Assembly (NCBI GenBank): GCA_013239625.1
Contig: MU055549.1
Coordinates: 6,885,693-6,949,692, forward strand
Reading direction: 5' to 3'
Origin: Lama guanicoe
Taxonomy: Eukaryota
DNA: 64,000 bases
Shown here piece after piece: positions 13,005 to 24,940 of this stretch. Both the position numbers and the translations under genes were made by a program. The notes beneath the pieces are model-generated. The model saw nothing but the letters and a program-made list of their open reading frames with translations, ran no database searches and was not told where the DNA came from. Within the stretch, counting starts at the first letter, position 1. Every line of letters starts with the position of its first letter.

Positions 13005-14045
13005 GGCTTTTTAATTAGCCTAGTTTGGGAATGGCAGCTCTAAAGCCCTGGGAGGTGAATGCAGCGGCCCTGCTTTTGGAATCTGCTGCCAGTGGACACA
13101 ATGTAGCTGTAGGAATAAAAAACGAGGGAGAGAAAGGCCCATCAGCTTGGGTTTTTAATTGGCACCATCCTCCCGGCCCTGCGCCCGCCCGCCAGCCCTC
13201 CCGGGGCTCTGTTTGGGCGGCCAGGCGCGGACTTCGAGTGATGGAGCCTTTCACAGCTTCAGACTGATTTAAGTGGCCCTGTATGGATTCCTGCAGCCCT
13301 CGCTGAAAGAGCGCGGCGCGATCGCCACGCTGATAAACCCTGGGAAATTGATCAGCCACCTGCAAGCGGTGAATGGTGATAACCGCCCGGAGCCCTGCAA
13401 AGCGCCAGGCCTCCCGTGGCCCCAGGGTCCTGCTGGAGAGAAAGGATGTTTCTAAAGCTGCAATTAATTTTTTTCCCCCAATCAATTGGAAGTTGCTCCC
13501 TTGTTTTCCTGGGTGAGTGGGGTGCTCGGTTCTGTGCTTCTCCGTTAACCTGAGCGCTCCGACCATTGATGTTTTCTCTCGAGAGACAGAGAGTGGCTTT
13601 CTTTCTCCTCGGCCATCGAGGAAGGGACTTTTTTGTTTGTGTTTTGTGTGTGTCTTTCTCTCTCTTTTTCTTTCTCTGAGATCATCTCAAGCTAATAGTA
13701 AGAAAAAAGGCATATGTGAGCGATTCCGCCTCGACAGGTCCCACAATACCTTCAGGAATGTCAATTTTTCTTGCTTTCATGGAAACACTATGAGGTCTCA
13801 CTTAGAGGGGACAATGGCAGAGATTAAAGAGGGGGGCAACGTGAGGGAAAACGGAGTAGAAAGGCAGTTCAGCCGAGAGCTTTATGCTTTATTCTGGATC
13901 CCCCCACCCTGCTGGAGTAATTTGGGGGAAAATTCTTGGCTCATATTTAGTTGTGCGGCGAGAACTAATTTAAAGTGCAAAAGAGAGAGAAGGCCACCCT
14001 TGTCCCACGTTTCTGTGAGTGTACATTGTGTGTGTTTGTGGCAGT
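13005..14045. promoter_or_regulatory. Candidate conserved non-coding element / enhancer in the FAM53B intron
   Basis: TE-free, CpG-retaining, dense in TAATT, TGATTTAA/TTAAGTG, TGATAA x2, ACAATG x2 and ATCAAT motifs. Conservation not verifiable here. Confidence 0.55.
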
Positions 14046-14647
14046 ACTGACCCAGTGGACTTCAGGGTCCTTGTTCCCTCAGGGACTTTGCGACCACAGT
14101 GCATCAGGGGGCTGGGGTCATGCTGAGGGGGACACCTGCAAGCCTGCCTGAGCGCTCGTCTGTTGGTCTGCCAGGGTGGGGCCCCACACCAGGTCAGTTC
14201 TCCTGCAGAGAGGACGTGCCAGCCTTGAGAGGGTGGCATCTGGGACCGTCTGGGCTATGCCGGGCAGCCCTTCTGTCGCAGCAGAATCACCCTGCCCCTC
14301 CACCCACCCTTGAAGCTAACCTGCTTTGGCCACAACAGCCAGGAGAGGCGTTGGCATGAGAGGGGTACCTGTCACTGCCGATTTGTCCACATGCGTGGCT
14401 CCAGCTTTCATCCCCTCTTGTCTGGAGTCCCAGCCTCGTTAAGATCCCCTGACCTAAAAAAAGAAAGATTCCCTGACCTGCTTGCACGGCAGATTGCTGC
14501 TGAGCCTAGGCAGGGTCAGTGTCCTCGGAGGGAGAGAAGAATGACGCTCTGTGTCCCGAGCCCACCCAGCACAACCCCTGGCTGCAGTTGTAGTGACCTG
14601 CCAGTAGGGCCCCATGGCTCATTTTCCCTCCAGGTTTCCAGGGTGGG

Positions 14648-14682
<35 letters not shown>
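14648..14682. repeat. (GT)n(GC)n alternating purine-pyrimidine microsatellite
   Basis: gtgtgtgtgtgtgtgtgtgtgtgtgcgcgcgcgca. Confidence 0.9.
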
Positions 14683-14744
14683 GGCAGACATGTTGCACGC
14701 ACGTTTGCATGCCTGAGCCATTTTGTTCAGATGGAGAATGGCCT

Positions 14745-14880
14745 GAGGCTCCCGCTCTCACTTGGTGACCTTGGCAGGCGCCTCAGCCTCCCGAGGCCTC
14801 GGTTTCCTTATCTGTAAAGTACGAGCACTGGCACTTGCCTCCTCAGGGTTCTGGAGGAGTGAGCAAGGTGCGTGCACATG
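14745..14880 (+). mobile_element. MIR SINE
   Basis: gtgaccttggcaggc...gcctcggtttccttatctgtaaa...cctcagggttctggaggagt. Confidence 0.65.
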
Positions 14881-17800
14881 GTAGGCAGCCAGGTCAGGGG
14901 AATGTGGTGTCAGCTCTGGTCTGAATAAGACCTGCCTGTCTGCTTGGCAGACAGAGGGCGGAGAAGGGGCCCTCTTCCTGGGGCCCAGGGGGCAGGGACC
15001 CAGTCTCTTGGGGGTGGACTGGCCCCAGGTCTGCTTCTCTCCTAAGGCCATGATGGTGGCTCCCCTAGGGATTTTAGAACCTTATCTCCCAAGGCTCCTG
15101 GGGCTCTGGGTGAACCAGGGCTTTAGCCACAGCAGTGTCTGGCAGCTCCTTATTACAGTAGCCACTTGGAGATGGAAAGTGAGGGACTTGCCCGTGTGTT
15201 CTGTGCTTTTTCCAAATCATCGGACATTTTCGCAAGAGAGAAGTAGGCTCATTTCCTAACTTGGGGTCAGTCAGTGACGGTCTGAAGCCAAAGGCTTGGG
15301 CCCCACGCCCGGAAGCTGGTTTCCTGGTGGTGGACACCTCCTCTGCCACCTCTGCTCCATCACAGCTCATCTCCCCCGTCTGGACCACGACAACACTGAG
15401 GGGTCAGAGTCAAACTGCATGATCATCAGTCACTGTAGGAACTGCAGCATCTTGAAGTGATTGCCGGGTGGCGGAGCTGTGTGCATCTGTGTGTGTGGTG
15501 TGCATGCACACACACATGCACGAATTTACATCTAAGAGGAAGAAGGGAGCGAGGGCCAAGCTGAGACCCTCGAGAAGACGCTGGGAATTCTGTGTGCACC
15601 AAGGCATTGTCCCCGGGTACTGGCTGGTTTTTCTCGTTCTGTCTCGTTGGTTTGTCTCCTCAGAGCTTTCAGCATTTCTCCTGACACATCATTCATCACC
15701 CAGGGGTGACTCCAGGGAAAAGTAATATACTCATGGCCTTTGCCCCTTTCTCCCATCTGGCTGGGGGCCTGGCCCCACGTGGGGTCAGCCTAGGCACACC
15801 CTCCCTCTGGCTTCTTGCCGGGCTATTGCCCTGCTGGCGTTCTGCACTGGGGAGGCCCCCGTCCTTTCCCGCTTTCTCTCCTTCCTGCACTCGGGCACTG
15901 GGTCCCGGGGTCAGACTGCCAGGGTCCAGAGCCTCCCCACTTGCCCCTTGTGTGGCCTTGGCTAGTTCCCGAGCCTCCAGTGACGACAGTGCCCCCCGGC
16001 CCCACTTAGGGGGCGTTGTGAGGGTCCAGTGGGACGGCCCGGGAAGCTCCGGGAAAATGCTTAGTGTACATCAGTTCTTGTATTATCAGAGCCTCACGGC
16101 TGCTGGGACATGAGAACGTACCCCTCGAAGTGCCCTGACTCTGTTCCTGGAACAAGGCAGGATTCCAGGGGGTGAGACGGGTGGAATGTACAGTAGCTCA
16201 GCCTTGTGGGTCGGTTTTCTTTACATGAAGAAACGTCTGGATTTGAGAGTGATTTAGGGCCGCCCAACCCCCTACACATTCCTCGGGGCCATCTTGGAGC
16301 CCTGGTTGTCACAAGGGCCTTGGGCCATTGTAGCTGGGGGCACTTGAGGGGTAGAAACCAGGTCGGATCTCCACCCCGGGCTCGGGGGTTCCTGGCAGCA
16401 GTGAGGTGCGGCATGACTGACGCGTGCCGGTGCAGACAGCCTAGGTGGAGCCTGGCCCACCACCGCCGCCGTGCGTGGGACCTCAGTCTCTGCGTGTCCG
16501 TGGAGATGCTGGCAGGGCCTGCCTCTTGGGATTAGATGGTGAGATAACGCAGGTGAGGGACTCACTGAGCGCTGGTCCTGGGCACCCACCTCAAGTGTAT
16601 TGACTTGGGCTGCAAGGGCTTCTGGTGCCTCGAGATGTGGGTGCTGTGTTTGCAAATCCTGCCAAGCATTTCTATGGTAATGAACAAAAGGGAAAAAATA
16701 GAAAAGGGAAAAATAAGCCTATCAGGAAATTCACAGTTATGCTGAGGTGTGTCCCTGGGAAAGTCAAAGAAACAGGGACCCACCCCGGCCAACCCTTCCG
16801 GAGCCTGCAGTCAGGCCTCCAAGAGGCAAGCGCATGCTGTCGGCACTGAGGCCGCGAGCTGGGCCTTCCACATGCTCCCTCATGAGGTCAGCATCCCGGT
16901 TCCCTCATGGCTCCGAGCAGAGATGACTTGTCCAGAATTGCTCAGAGCAGCAGACACTGTGCTCCTGTGTCTGTTTGGTAGCAAAGACCGTGTTCCAGAC
17001 CACACTGTGCTGCTCAGGACGTGCCTTTGCAGTCTCCTTGGCCTCTCTCTCCAGTGTCTTTACAAAAATGTCTCCTAGGTGCCTGCTCTTGGCCTGGAAT
17101 CTGGACCTCCTGCTGGGGTGGGTTTGGCCTGGTCCTGGTGGGAAATGCTGGGCCCCTCACCCCTGCGACCCAGGAGCCCCTGCACTGGGGGTTCCCTGCC
17201 AGGGTGGCCCTGGGCAGCAGAGACTGAGGAGTTGGGCTGGGCCATAAGCGTCTAGAGAAGTCCTGTGAGCACCACACAGACGCCTAGATTTCTGCACCCT
17301 CTGGTTCCCACAGGTGTCCCCTGTGGTCCCTTACTGCAGCTTGGAAGAACCAGGCTCTGAGAGGGTGTGAGACCTCAGGTCACCCGTGGGACACTGGGCA
17401 GAACTGGGACTCCAAACCAGGGCTCCTGGCCCTCTGCTAGGCTCCCACCCAGCTACCCAGGCACCCTGAGACGCAGGCCCTGCTCTGCCACTGGGGGATT
17501 AGGTTGGAGAGACATGAGTGACATGGCTAAGAGGGCAGGCCACCCCAGGAAAGGTGCCGGGTGGGCAAGAGTCCAGGGTGCGTCCCCCCACCCCACCCTC
17601 CAGCTAGGTGGGATAAAGCCCTCAGGAGAGGCAGTCTCTGCAGGAGCCTCTGGGGCTTAGGAGCACCAGGGCCCCCCACAGCGTCCCTAGCACTCAGCTC
17701 TGGCTCTGCGGGAGGGACCACGGAGCCCACAGAGGCGGAATGTGCCCAGGAATGTCCTGCCGCACCCGCCGCCAGCGGGCATGTCCGTGGCCACCGGCCC

Positions 17801-18049
17801 TGCCCGGGCACGCAGGGACATGCTGGCCGAGCCCAGCTGGGCTGCTGTCTCTCCTCGCCCCTGAAGGACTCAGTGTCCAGTGCGGGCCAGCGCACGCCTG
17901 GGACTTCTGCTCTCACGGACAGCTTCCCGGTGGGACAGCAGTGGGGTAAACAGCTCTCCACTGCTGCTTCTGCCCGGAGCTGCGTGTGGCAACGCCAGCT
18001 CTCTCTCTCCATCTTGGTGCAGCTGGACACCAAAGTGGTGTGGAAATCC

Positions 18050-18215
18050 CGCTGAGCCAGGCCCTTTTCATGATCTCATTTCAGTCCCGTTACAGCCCCG
18101 CAGGGGTAGTTTTATTTCTCCATTTTACAGATGAGGAAGGAGAGACAGGTTGCATAGGGAGCCCAGGGGAACACCAGCCGTAGTGGCAGAGGCAGGATTC
18201 CACCTCAAATGGGTC
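18050..18215 (-). mobile_element. MIR SINE
   Basis: ctccattttacagatgaggaa...gtagtggcagaggcaggattc. Confidence 0.75.
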
Positions 18216-19689
18216 ATCACGTTCAACTCTTCATTTAGCCACCCGACCCCGTGCCTCCAGGCATCAGGGAAATGCCCCGGGCAGACTTGTTCCCTGGCCG
18301 AGCCCCCCAGAATGCTGCCTGTTAGCGCACGGGTGTGGGGCAGGGCAGGGCTGTGACGGGAGAGAGAGTTTATTGAGGGGGTGATCCTGGCCGAGGGAGA
18401 GCATCTCCAGGAGAACTTCGTGCACCCGGGGAGCCTGAGTGGGCGGGGTGGGGTGTGCAGACAAGACGGGGCAGCCTCATGCAGGACCAACAACTCTCGT
18501 TGTTACATGGGTCCAGGACTTTCCCAGGACATGCCTGGTGCTTGGCAGACTGGAGCCCAGAGCCAGGGGCCCACACTCCGTCTGGGGCATCCTGGACACC
18601 ATACTGTCCTTGGGGCTTGCCTGTTGTCTCCCACCTACTGCAAGGTCCTTGGGGACCACCCTGTCTCAGAACAGAGGACAGAGGGAGGCCTCAAAGGGAG
18701 CAGGGTCTGCCTAAGCCCCGGAGCTGCACCTAGACTTGGTTTTAATGCCCCAGGCAGGGCTGTCTCTCCCACGTGAGCCCAGTGCCTCCCTAAGGGAGTC
18801 ATTGCCCATGGACCCCTGAACTTGGACCAAGTCACAGAGCAAGGGAGTGGGGCTTGTGGCTTGTGGCATGCCTGGCTTTGCAGCCAATGAGAAGCCGCTC
18901 TGGATTTGGCAGGAGAATGCCTTCCCAGCCCCGATGCCACAGAAGTGAGTGCAGCCAGATATTTTGTACTGGCCCTATTGGGGCCTTTTCCCAGTGGCCC
19001 TGCCGTGTCCCTCTCGGGGACCTGGGCAGATCAGGGTGGCTTGTACATGGTCCAGTCGGTGGGGAGAGGTCCCCTCCCTTGGGGCCTCTAGCCTGCCCTT
19101 CCAGTCTGGCTACGTCCCCGGGCGCCGAGCGTGAGGTGAGTGGGCGCTGTCTGGGACTGGCCAGGGAACTGGCTTCCAGGAGTTGAGGGCTGCTGGGATT
19201 GTCCTAAGATGGTTGGCATAGGCTCTCTTGGCCTTGGGTTTGCCTGGAGTTCAGTCTGATTGTGGCAAGTTTTATTTGGATTTTCCAGTATTTGGTCTTG
19301 GGAGATGGCCGAGGTTCTGAGCAGCAGACACGGAACATGCATTTCTTTTCCTCTCCTAGCCCTCTGGAGGGGCTGGTTAGCTGGGAATCCGTGCTAAGTG
19401 GCCACTGCTGTGAAGTCCACTCCTCACTGACGTTGGTATGGACACCAGAAGGAGCCTGGTGTGGGACGGACCCCAGCTGTGCAGGCGGCCTCTGGGCCCT
19501 GCTCGGGCAGTGTCCTCCCTGAAGTCAGGGGCAGGGGCCCGGAGGAGTAGAGCTTGGAAGGAGTGGAATCAAACCAGAGAGGGCGGGAGTGAGGCCAGGG
19601 CACCCGGCGGTCCTTTCCAGCAGGAGGGGAGCACTTTGTCAACGGAAAGGGGCAGTAGTGTGTAAGGGACGTGGAGACTTTGCTTCTGG

Positions 19690-19875
19690 AGTTTTCATCG
19701 CTGAGGCCTGTTGGAGCAGATAAATCAGTCAGTTGTGTTTCCGCAATGTTTGCCTGCCTTTCTTTATGATTTATATTTTATTGTGGAGGAGGAGAGAAGC
19801 GACCCCCCTCCCCCCCACCAAATAGAAAGGAAATCCAGCTGAATCTGACACTTTGAACTTAATCTCTGCTTCTCA
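19690..19875. promoter_or_regulatory. Candidate enhancer with two PBX-HOX-type sites
   Basis: ATAAATCA 19720-19727 and TGATTTAT 19767-19774 in opposite orientation, plus TTTTATTG. Confidence 0.4.
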
Positions 19876-20589
19876 TCTATTCGCCCAGGTGTAGAAATAC
19901 GATGACAGGTGGAAACGGGGGCTCCATGTTCACACGCACCAGAATTGCAGACACCTGGCCCGAATGTCTGTCCTTAGCATGTGTCGTTACTCTCCCTCGG
20001 CACCGAGGCTCTTGCAGACACCAGGGGGCCGTTCCCCCAGACCATTTCTGACAAACAGGTTGCCCCCTTCTTGCCCACCGTGGGCCAGCCCCCGCCAGGC
20101 CAGCCTCCGCCCAGGGAGCTGGTTTCCAGGGGTGCCCTCCTTCCTGCGTCTGCAAGAGCCCCTACCAGCCCCGCAGAAGCCCGCGAGGCGACCGCCCCGT
20201 GCAGATGCCCCGCACGCGTGCGGCCCATTTGCCGGTCAAGGTTGGCCCTTCCCAGTGTTTTCACGTCTTGCGCTTGTGTGAAACTCAGACACAATTTGAT
20301 TATTAAGTGCGGGAACCCAGTAGGATTTTTGTTTTTGTTTTTTCGATCTGCACAGTTTTGCAAAGTGCCTTTTTTTTTTTTAATGCATAAGCCTTGTTCC
20401 TGCCAATAGAGAAGAAGGAAAGTCAAAAACTTTGGTGGAGAAACATTAAAATGATTTAATACGGAGATGGATGCAGAGACTTCTTTTTTTTGAAAATATG
20501 AGTGACCATTTGAATAAGATTTTTTGGCCTGTGAGTCATCCCTTTCTTCATTCCTTAGTGTCCCTTCCTCTTAAAATAAACACACACAT

Positions 20590-22800
20590 TTTTTTTTGAT
20601 AGGACATCCACATGTTCAGAAATTAAAACAATATACAGGGATAGGTCCCGTCCCCACCGCTCCCGTCCCCATGCCCTCAGGTTAACTGCTTATTTGTTTC
20701 TTGTGATCTTTCTAGAATTCCTTTATGTGAGCACAAGCAAACAAAACTGTCATTCTTGTTTCGTTTCCCTGTCTTATACAGGAGATAGCATGCTAATATC
20801 TAGCTTTCTGCCCCTTGCTTTCTTAAATAACAGACCCTGGAGGTGTTTCCATGTCAGAGCCAAGCAGCCGCCACCTTTTTTCCACTGTGGGAGGCTCTGT
20901 TGTGCATGTGGCCCCCTTTCTTTCCCGGGCCCCGGCCGGCGGACCCCCGAGCTGGGGACCGGCTTCTTGGCTGTGTACTTTGTTGCTGGTGAGCCCTTCA
21001 GGCGTGCAGGTGTATCCTCTGTGGGCACATCCTGCCCCTGGGGTCGCTGGGCTGCAGGTTGTATAGACTTGTCATCTCAGAGGACGTTGCCCAGGTGACG
21101 TGAAGGAGCTGCGCACCCCGACGGATGCTGGTGGTGGTCCGTTTCCCCACCGCCCCCTCAACAGACACTGGTCACACATGTGGCTTTTGCCAACCGGATA
21201 GATGAAAAATGGTTTCTCTGTGTCATTTTAGTTTGCATTTTTCTCATCATTTGAGCCTCTCTTTTTATAGTTAAAGGTCATTCATATGCCCTCTGCTGTA
21301 TTCATTTGCCCTTTTTAAAAAATCGAGTTATTGCTCTCTCTCTTGATTGTGTGTTAGAGAGATTAGTTTTTGCCTGTACTGTGAGTTGCAGATGCTTATT
21401 TCCAAGTTGTTCTCTGCCTTTGCTTTGGGCATTCTTTAACAGCTTTACTGAGGTGTCATTTATATGCTACACAGTTCACCCATTTGAAGTGAAGAATTTT
21501 AGTGGTTTTTGGTATATTCGCAGAATTGTGTAATCATCAACACAATCAATTTTAGAATATTTTCATCCTCCCCCAAAAGAAACCTCATATCCACTGGCAG
21601 TCACCGTCCAGCCTCAGCCACCCTCAGCCTCAGGCAGCCACTAATCTACTTTCTGTCCCTCTGGATCTGCCCGTTGTGGGTATTTCGTACAAATGGAATC
21701 AAACAATACATGGGTCTGTTGTTGACTGGCTTCTTGCACTGAGCAGCATGAATTGTTCAAGGTTTGTCGGTGTTGTAGCATGTGTAAATACTACATTCCT
21801 TTTTATGGCCCCAAAATATTCCCTTGTGCAGATAAACCACATTGTATTTATCCATTTGCTAACTGATGGACATTGGGGTTGTCCCCACTTTTTAGATACT
21901 GTGAACAGTTCACTGATGTGCACGTTTTTGTGTGGGTGTGTGAGTTTCCTTTCTCTTGGGCATATACCTATCTAGGTGTGGTATTGCTGGCTCCTGTGAT
22001 AACTGTGTTCAACATTTTGAGAAACTGCCAGTCTGTTTTCCAGAGCAACTGCACAATTTTACATTCCTGCCAGCACCTTTGGCATTTTTTGACATGTATA
22101 TATTTTTATCAGATTTATTATTTCTTTTATTGGCTCTGAATTTTGCCTTTTAGAAAGGCCTTTCTGTCCCAAGATTACGGAGGAATTCTCCTGTGTTTCC
22201 TTCTAGTGTTTTTGTGGTTTTATATTGCAGTATTTTGGTGTATGTGGAGTTTATCCTGAATATGATATGAATACAGAGCCAACTTGGTTTTTTTTCTTTT
22301 TTAATATAGCTACCCATTTGTTTTGATACCAGCTAATGAAAATTCCATCTTTTTCTCTCTGCTTTGAGATTCCACCTTTATCACATGCTGACCTAGGGCT
22401 ATTTCAGAACATCGCTTTCTATTTCATGCGTCTCCGCGTGTCCTCATATTGTAACACACTCGTAACGATCGAGGTTCTAGAATACGTTTGAGCATCTGGT
22501 AGGACTGGTCTCCCTGAACTGTTCTTCACAGAGGCTTCCTGAGTCATCCCAGCTGTTTATTTTTCCATTAAAAACTTGAGAATCAGCTTGTCTTAAGATG
22601 GAGGGGGTGGCTGTTGACACTGCAGTTTGGGATCGTGTTAGACTTACAAATTAGCTTGGGGAGAATTCACACCTTTTTGAGGTCGAGTCTTCCCATCCAC
22701 GACACAAGGTGTCTTTCTGTCTGTTCTATTGTGTTTTGTAAGGTTTTCTTCCTGTCACTTTTGCCAATTCTTACGTTTTTATTCCCAGAGATTTCACCTT
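20590..22800 (-). mobile_element. Old L1ME-type LINE fragment interrupted by a younger L1MB-type insertion
   Basis: AT-rich block with antisense L1 phrases such as tttagtttgcatttttct, ttccttctagtg, aaaacttgagaatcagcttgtc, tcttcccatcca. Confidence 0.7.
21436..22076 (-). mobile_element. L1MB7/8-like 5'-truncated L1 (3' end)
   Basis: ttaacagctttactgagg...aattttagaatattttcatc...ggcagccactaatctactttctgtc...aaatggaatca; TSD-like ctttg(g)gcatt(c/t)ttt on both flanks. Confidence 0.8.
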
Positions 22801-22999
22801 TCATGTTGCTGGTATGTCCTTTTGCACCTGAAAGCAAGTTTTGGGTAAAAAGGACAGCTGGGTATGACCATCTACAGATTCTGTTCCCAAAGCCGAGCCC
22901 TCCGACCCCGTGGCTGTCGAGTGCTGTGCACAGACAGCCGCGGGCAGACAATGTGATCCTGAGCATGGCGGGGTGGGTGGGGGCGGAGGGGGAGCTCAG

Positions 23000-23345
23000 G
23001 TTTGCCAAGCACCTCCTTGGGCCTTCTAGGTGCTCTCAACACAGTTAACCCTTCAGACAATTCTGTGACTGGGGCTCTATTTAACCTCGTTGTACAATTG
23101 AGAAACTGAGGCTCAGAAGTTTCGTGATTTGCCAAGGGCCTCCAGAGGACACACCTGAGCTGGGATTCCAGCCCAGGCTTGTCCAGCCTTTTCTAAGCCA
23201 CTATCCTGCCTGAGGATCAAATGTTCTCTTGAGCATGGCCCAGAAGTCAAGAGGTCTGGTTGCACATCGGCCAGCAGGGTGATTTGGGGCAAGTCTCATG
23301 CCCTCTCTTGGCCTCAGTGTGCCCATCTGCAAAGTAAGGCTGTTA
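23000..23345. mobile_element. Two MIR fragments (- about 23000-23190; + about 23245-23345)
   Basis: tgagaaactgaggctcagaag...gatttgccaagg and gtgatttggggcaagtc...gcctcagtgtgcccatctgcaaa. Confidence 0.7.
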
Positions 23346-24880
23346 GGCTGGTTGGTAATTTGCACATTTCTTAAAAACCATTCCCTTTCTCTGGAAGCCA
23401 GTATCTGGAACAGAGATATAGAGCTGCTGGCATGGGGCCGAGAGGGCCCCAGTGCTCTGCAGCCCCGTCTCCTTGTGCCCTGATGGGGCCCTTAGGGCAT
23501 CCAGCTCCAGGCAGTCAAAAACCAGTGCCCACCATCCCCTCCAGGACCTCGGGCCCACCTTCAGTGCCCCCAGTCCTGGTGCCGAAGCCACCCCCAGGCA
23601 CCTCGTGCATCCCAGCAGCACACTGGCCTTGGCCCCCTGCCAAGGCCCTGTGTGCTTTGGAAAGGTCCCTCGACTTTTGTCAGGCAAAGCATTCTCTTCA
23701 CGCCAAGCTGAGAGCAAGGTGGTTTCACAAGTCCTGTCCTGAGTGTGTGCTGGCCGGAATGCTCACCGCAGAAACAGAATGTTTGTTTTCCAAGTGTGAG
23801 AGTGCCGAGAGGCCCCCTGGTGTCGGCTCCCACACCTTCTGCATTCAGAGAGGCCACCTGCCACGGGGTGGAGGGGCTTTGGTGCAGAAGCTGCGTTCTC
23901 CACAGTGTGGCCTGTGGGGCGCTGGTGGGTGGGGGGCTCTGGGCCACCACGGCCTGCTCTTACCCACAGCACCCAGGACTGCAGGGCCGCACAGACACAC
24001 AAGGTGAGCCACCAGGGCTACCCAGGCGGTCCTTCCTTCCCACCCCGCTGGGCTGCACCAGCACCTTCTGTGCGCCGGCCCCGGGGCCAGGCAGTGGGTG
24101 CAGGGTTAGGGCCGCGGGGTCCCACACGGTGGGCTCAGGCTGGCTTCTGCGGGGAACGACGCAAAGCTGGGTTTCAGTGGACAAGGGGGAGCCTGCCAGG
24201 GGGACGGGTGCTCTGGGAACATCTGTGGCCTCTGCAAGAGTGAGCTGAGGAAACGGCACAGGAAGGCAGGGACTTCCTAGTAACTTCCAGGGCCATCCTT
24301 CCACCTCACAGATATTTCCCGCCCTCCCTGAGCTGTTTGGTTCTAGAACCTGTGATCTGGGAAGAGCCCCAAGTGTCCAGGAGCTGAATCGGGGGTGCTC
24401 GCTGGGCCCCAGAGGCTCCCTCAAGGCAGCTTCGTTTTGTTTTCAGGCCTTGAGCACCCGGCTTCCCTGTCTGGGCTGTATGGCCTGAGGGGGAGGGAAG
24501 CGGTCTAGGCCTGAAAGGGCTGCATCTTGTGGGGTCCAGAGGTCACCAGGTCACAGAAACGGGCTGGGCCTCGACACTGGCCCGCGTGAGCAGGAGGTGG
24601 AGCTGGGCTGCTGCCCAGGCGTGGTGATGAGATGCCTGGAGCGAGGGGCCGGCTTCAGCAGGGCTGGAGCAGCAGCCCCGGTGCAGGGCGACCTCGCCCA
24701 CTGCCCTCGACCACCTCCAGCACCTGCCTGACACCAGGCCGACCCACCATCTGACCTCTCGGGCCCTGGGGCCTCCTTTGAGAGACAGTCCAGCCTTCAT
24801 ACAAAATTTAGATTTACCAAAGATGGATTAAAGAGAGGCCCCAAATATGCTGGTGCCTCTTTCTCTTTTCTGAGATAGTT

Positions 24881-24940
24881 TAAAAAAAAAACAAAACACA
24901 CACACACACGCACACGCACACACACACCCCCACCCACCCC
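24881..24940. repeat. A-run plus (CA)n microsatellite
   Basis: aaaaaaaaaacaaaacacacacacacacgcacacgcacacacacacc. Confidence 0.85.

Noticed and set aside
15479-15521. Palindromic gtgtgcatgcacac with flanking TG/CA arms
   Set aside because: Adjacent TG and CA microsatellite remnants pair trivially; no sign of a structured RNA.
21306-22153. Cluster of hydrophobic AT-rich ORFs
   Set aside because: Antisense reading of decayed L1 sequence.
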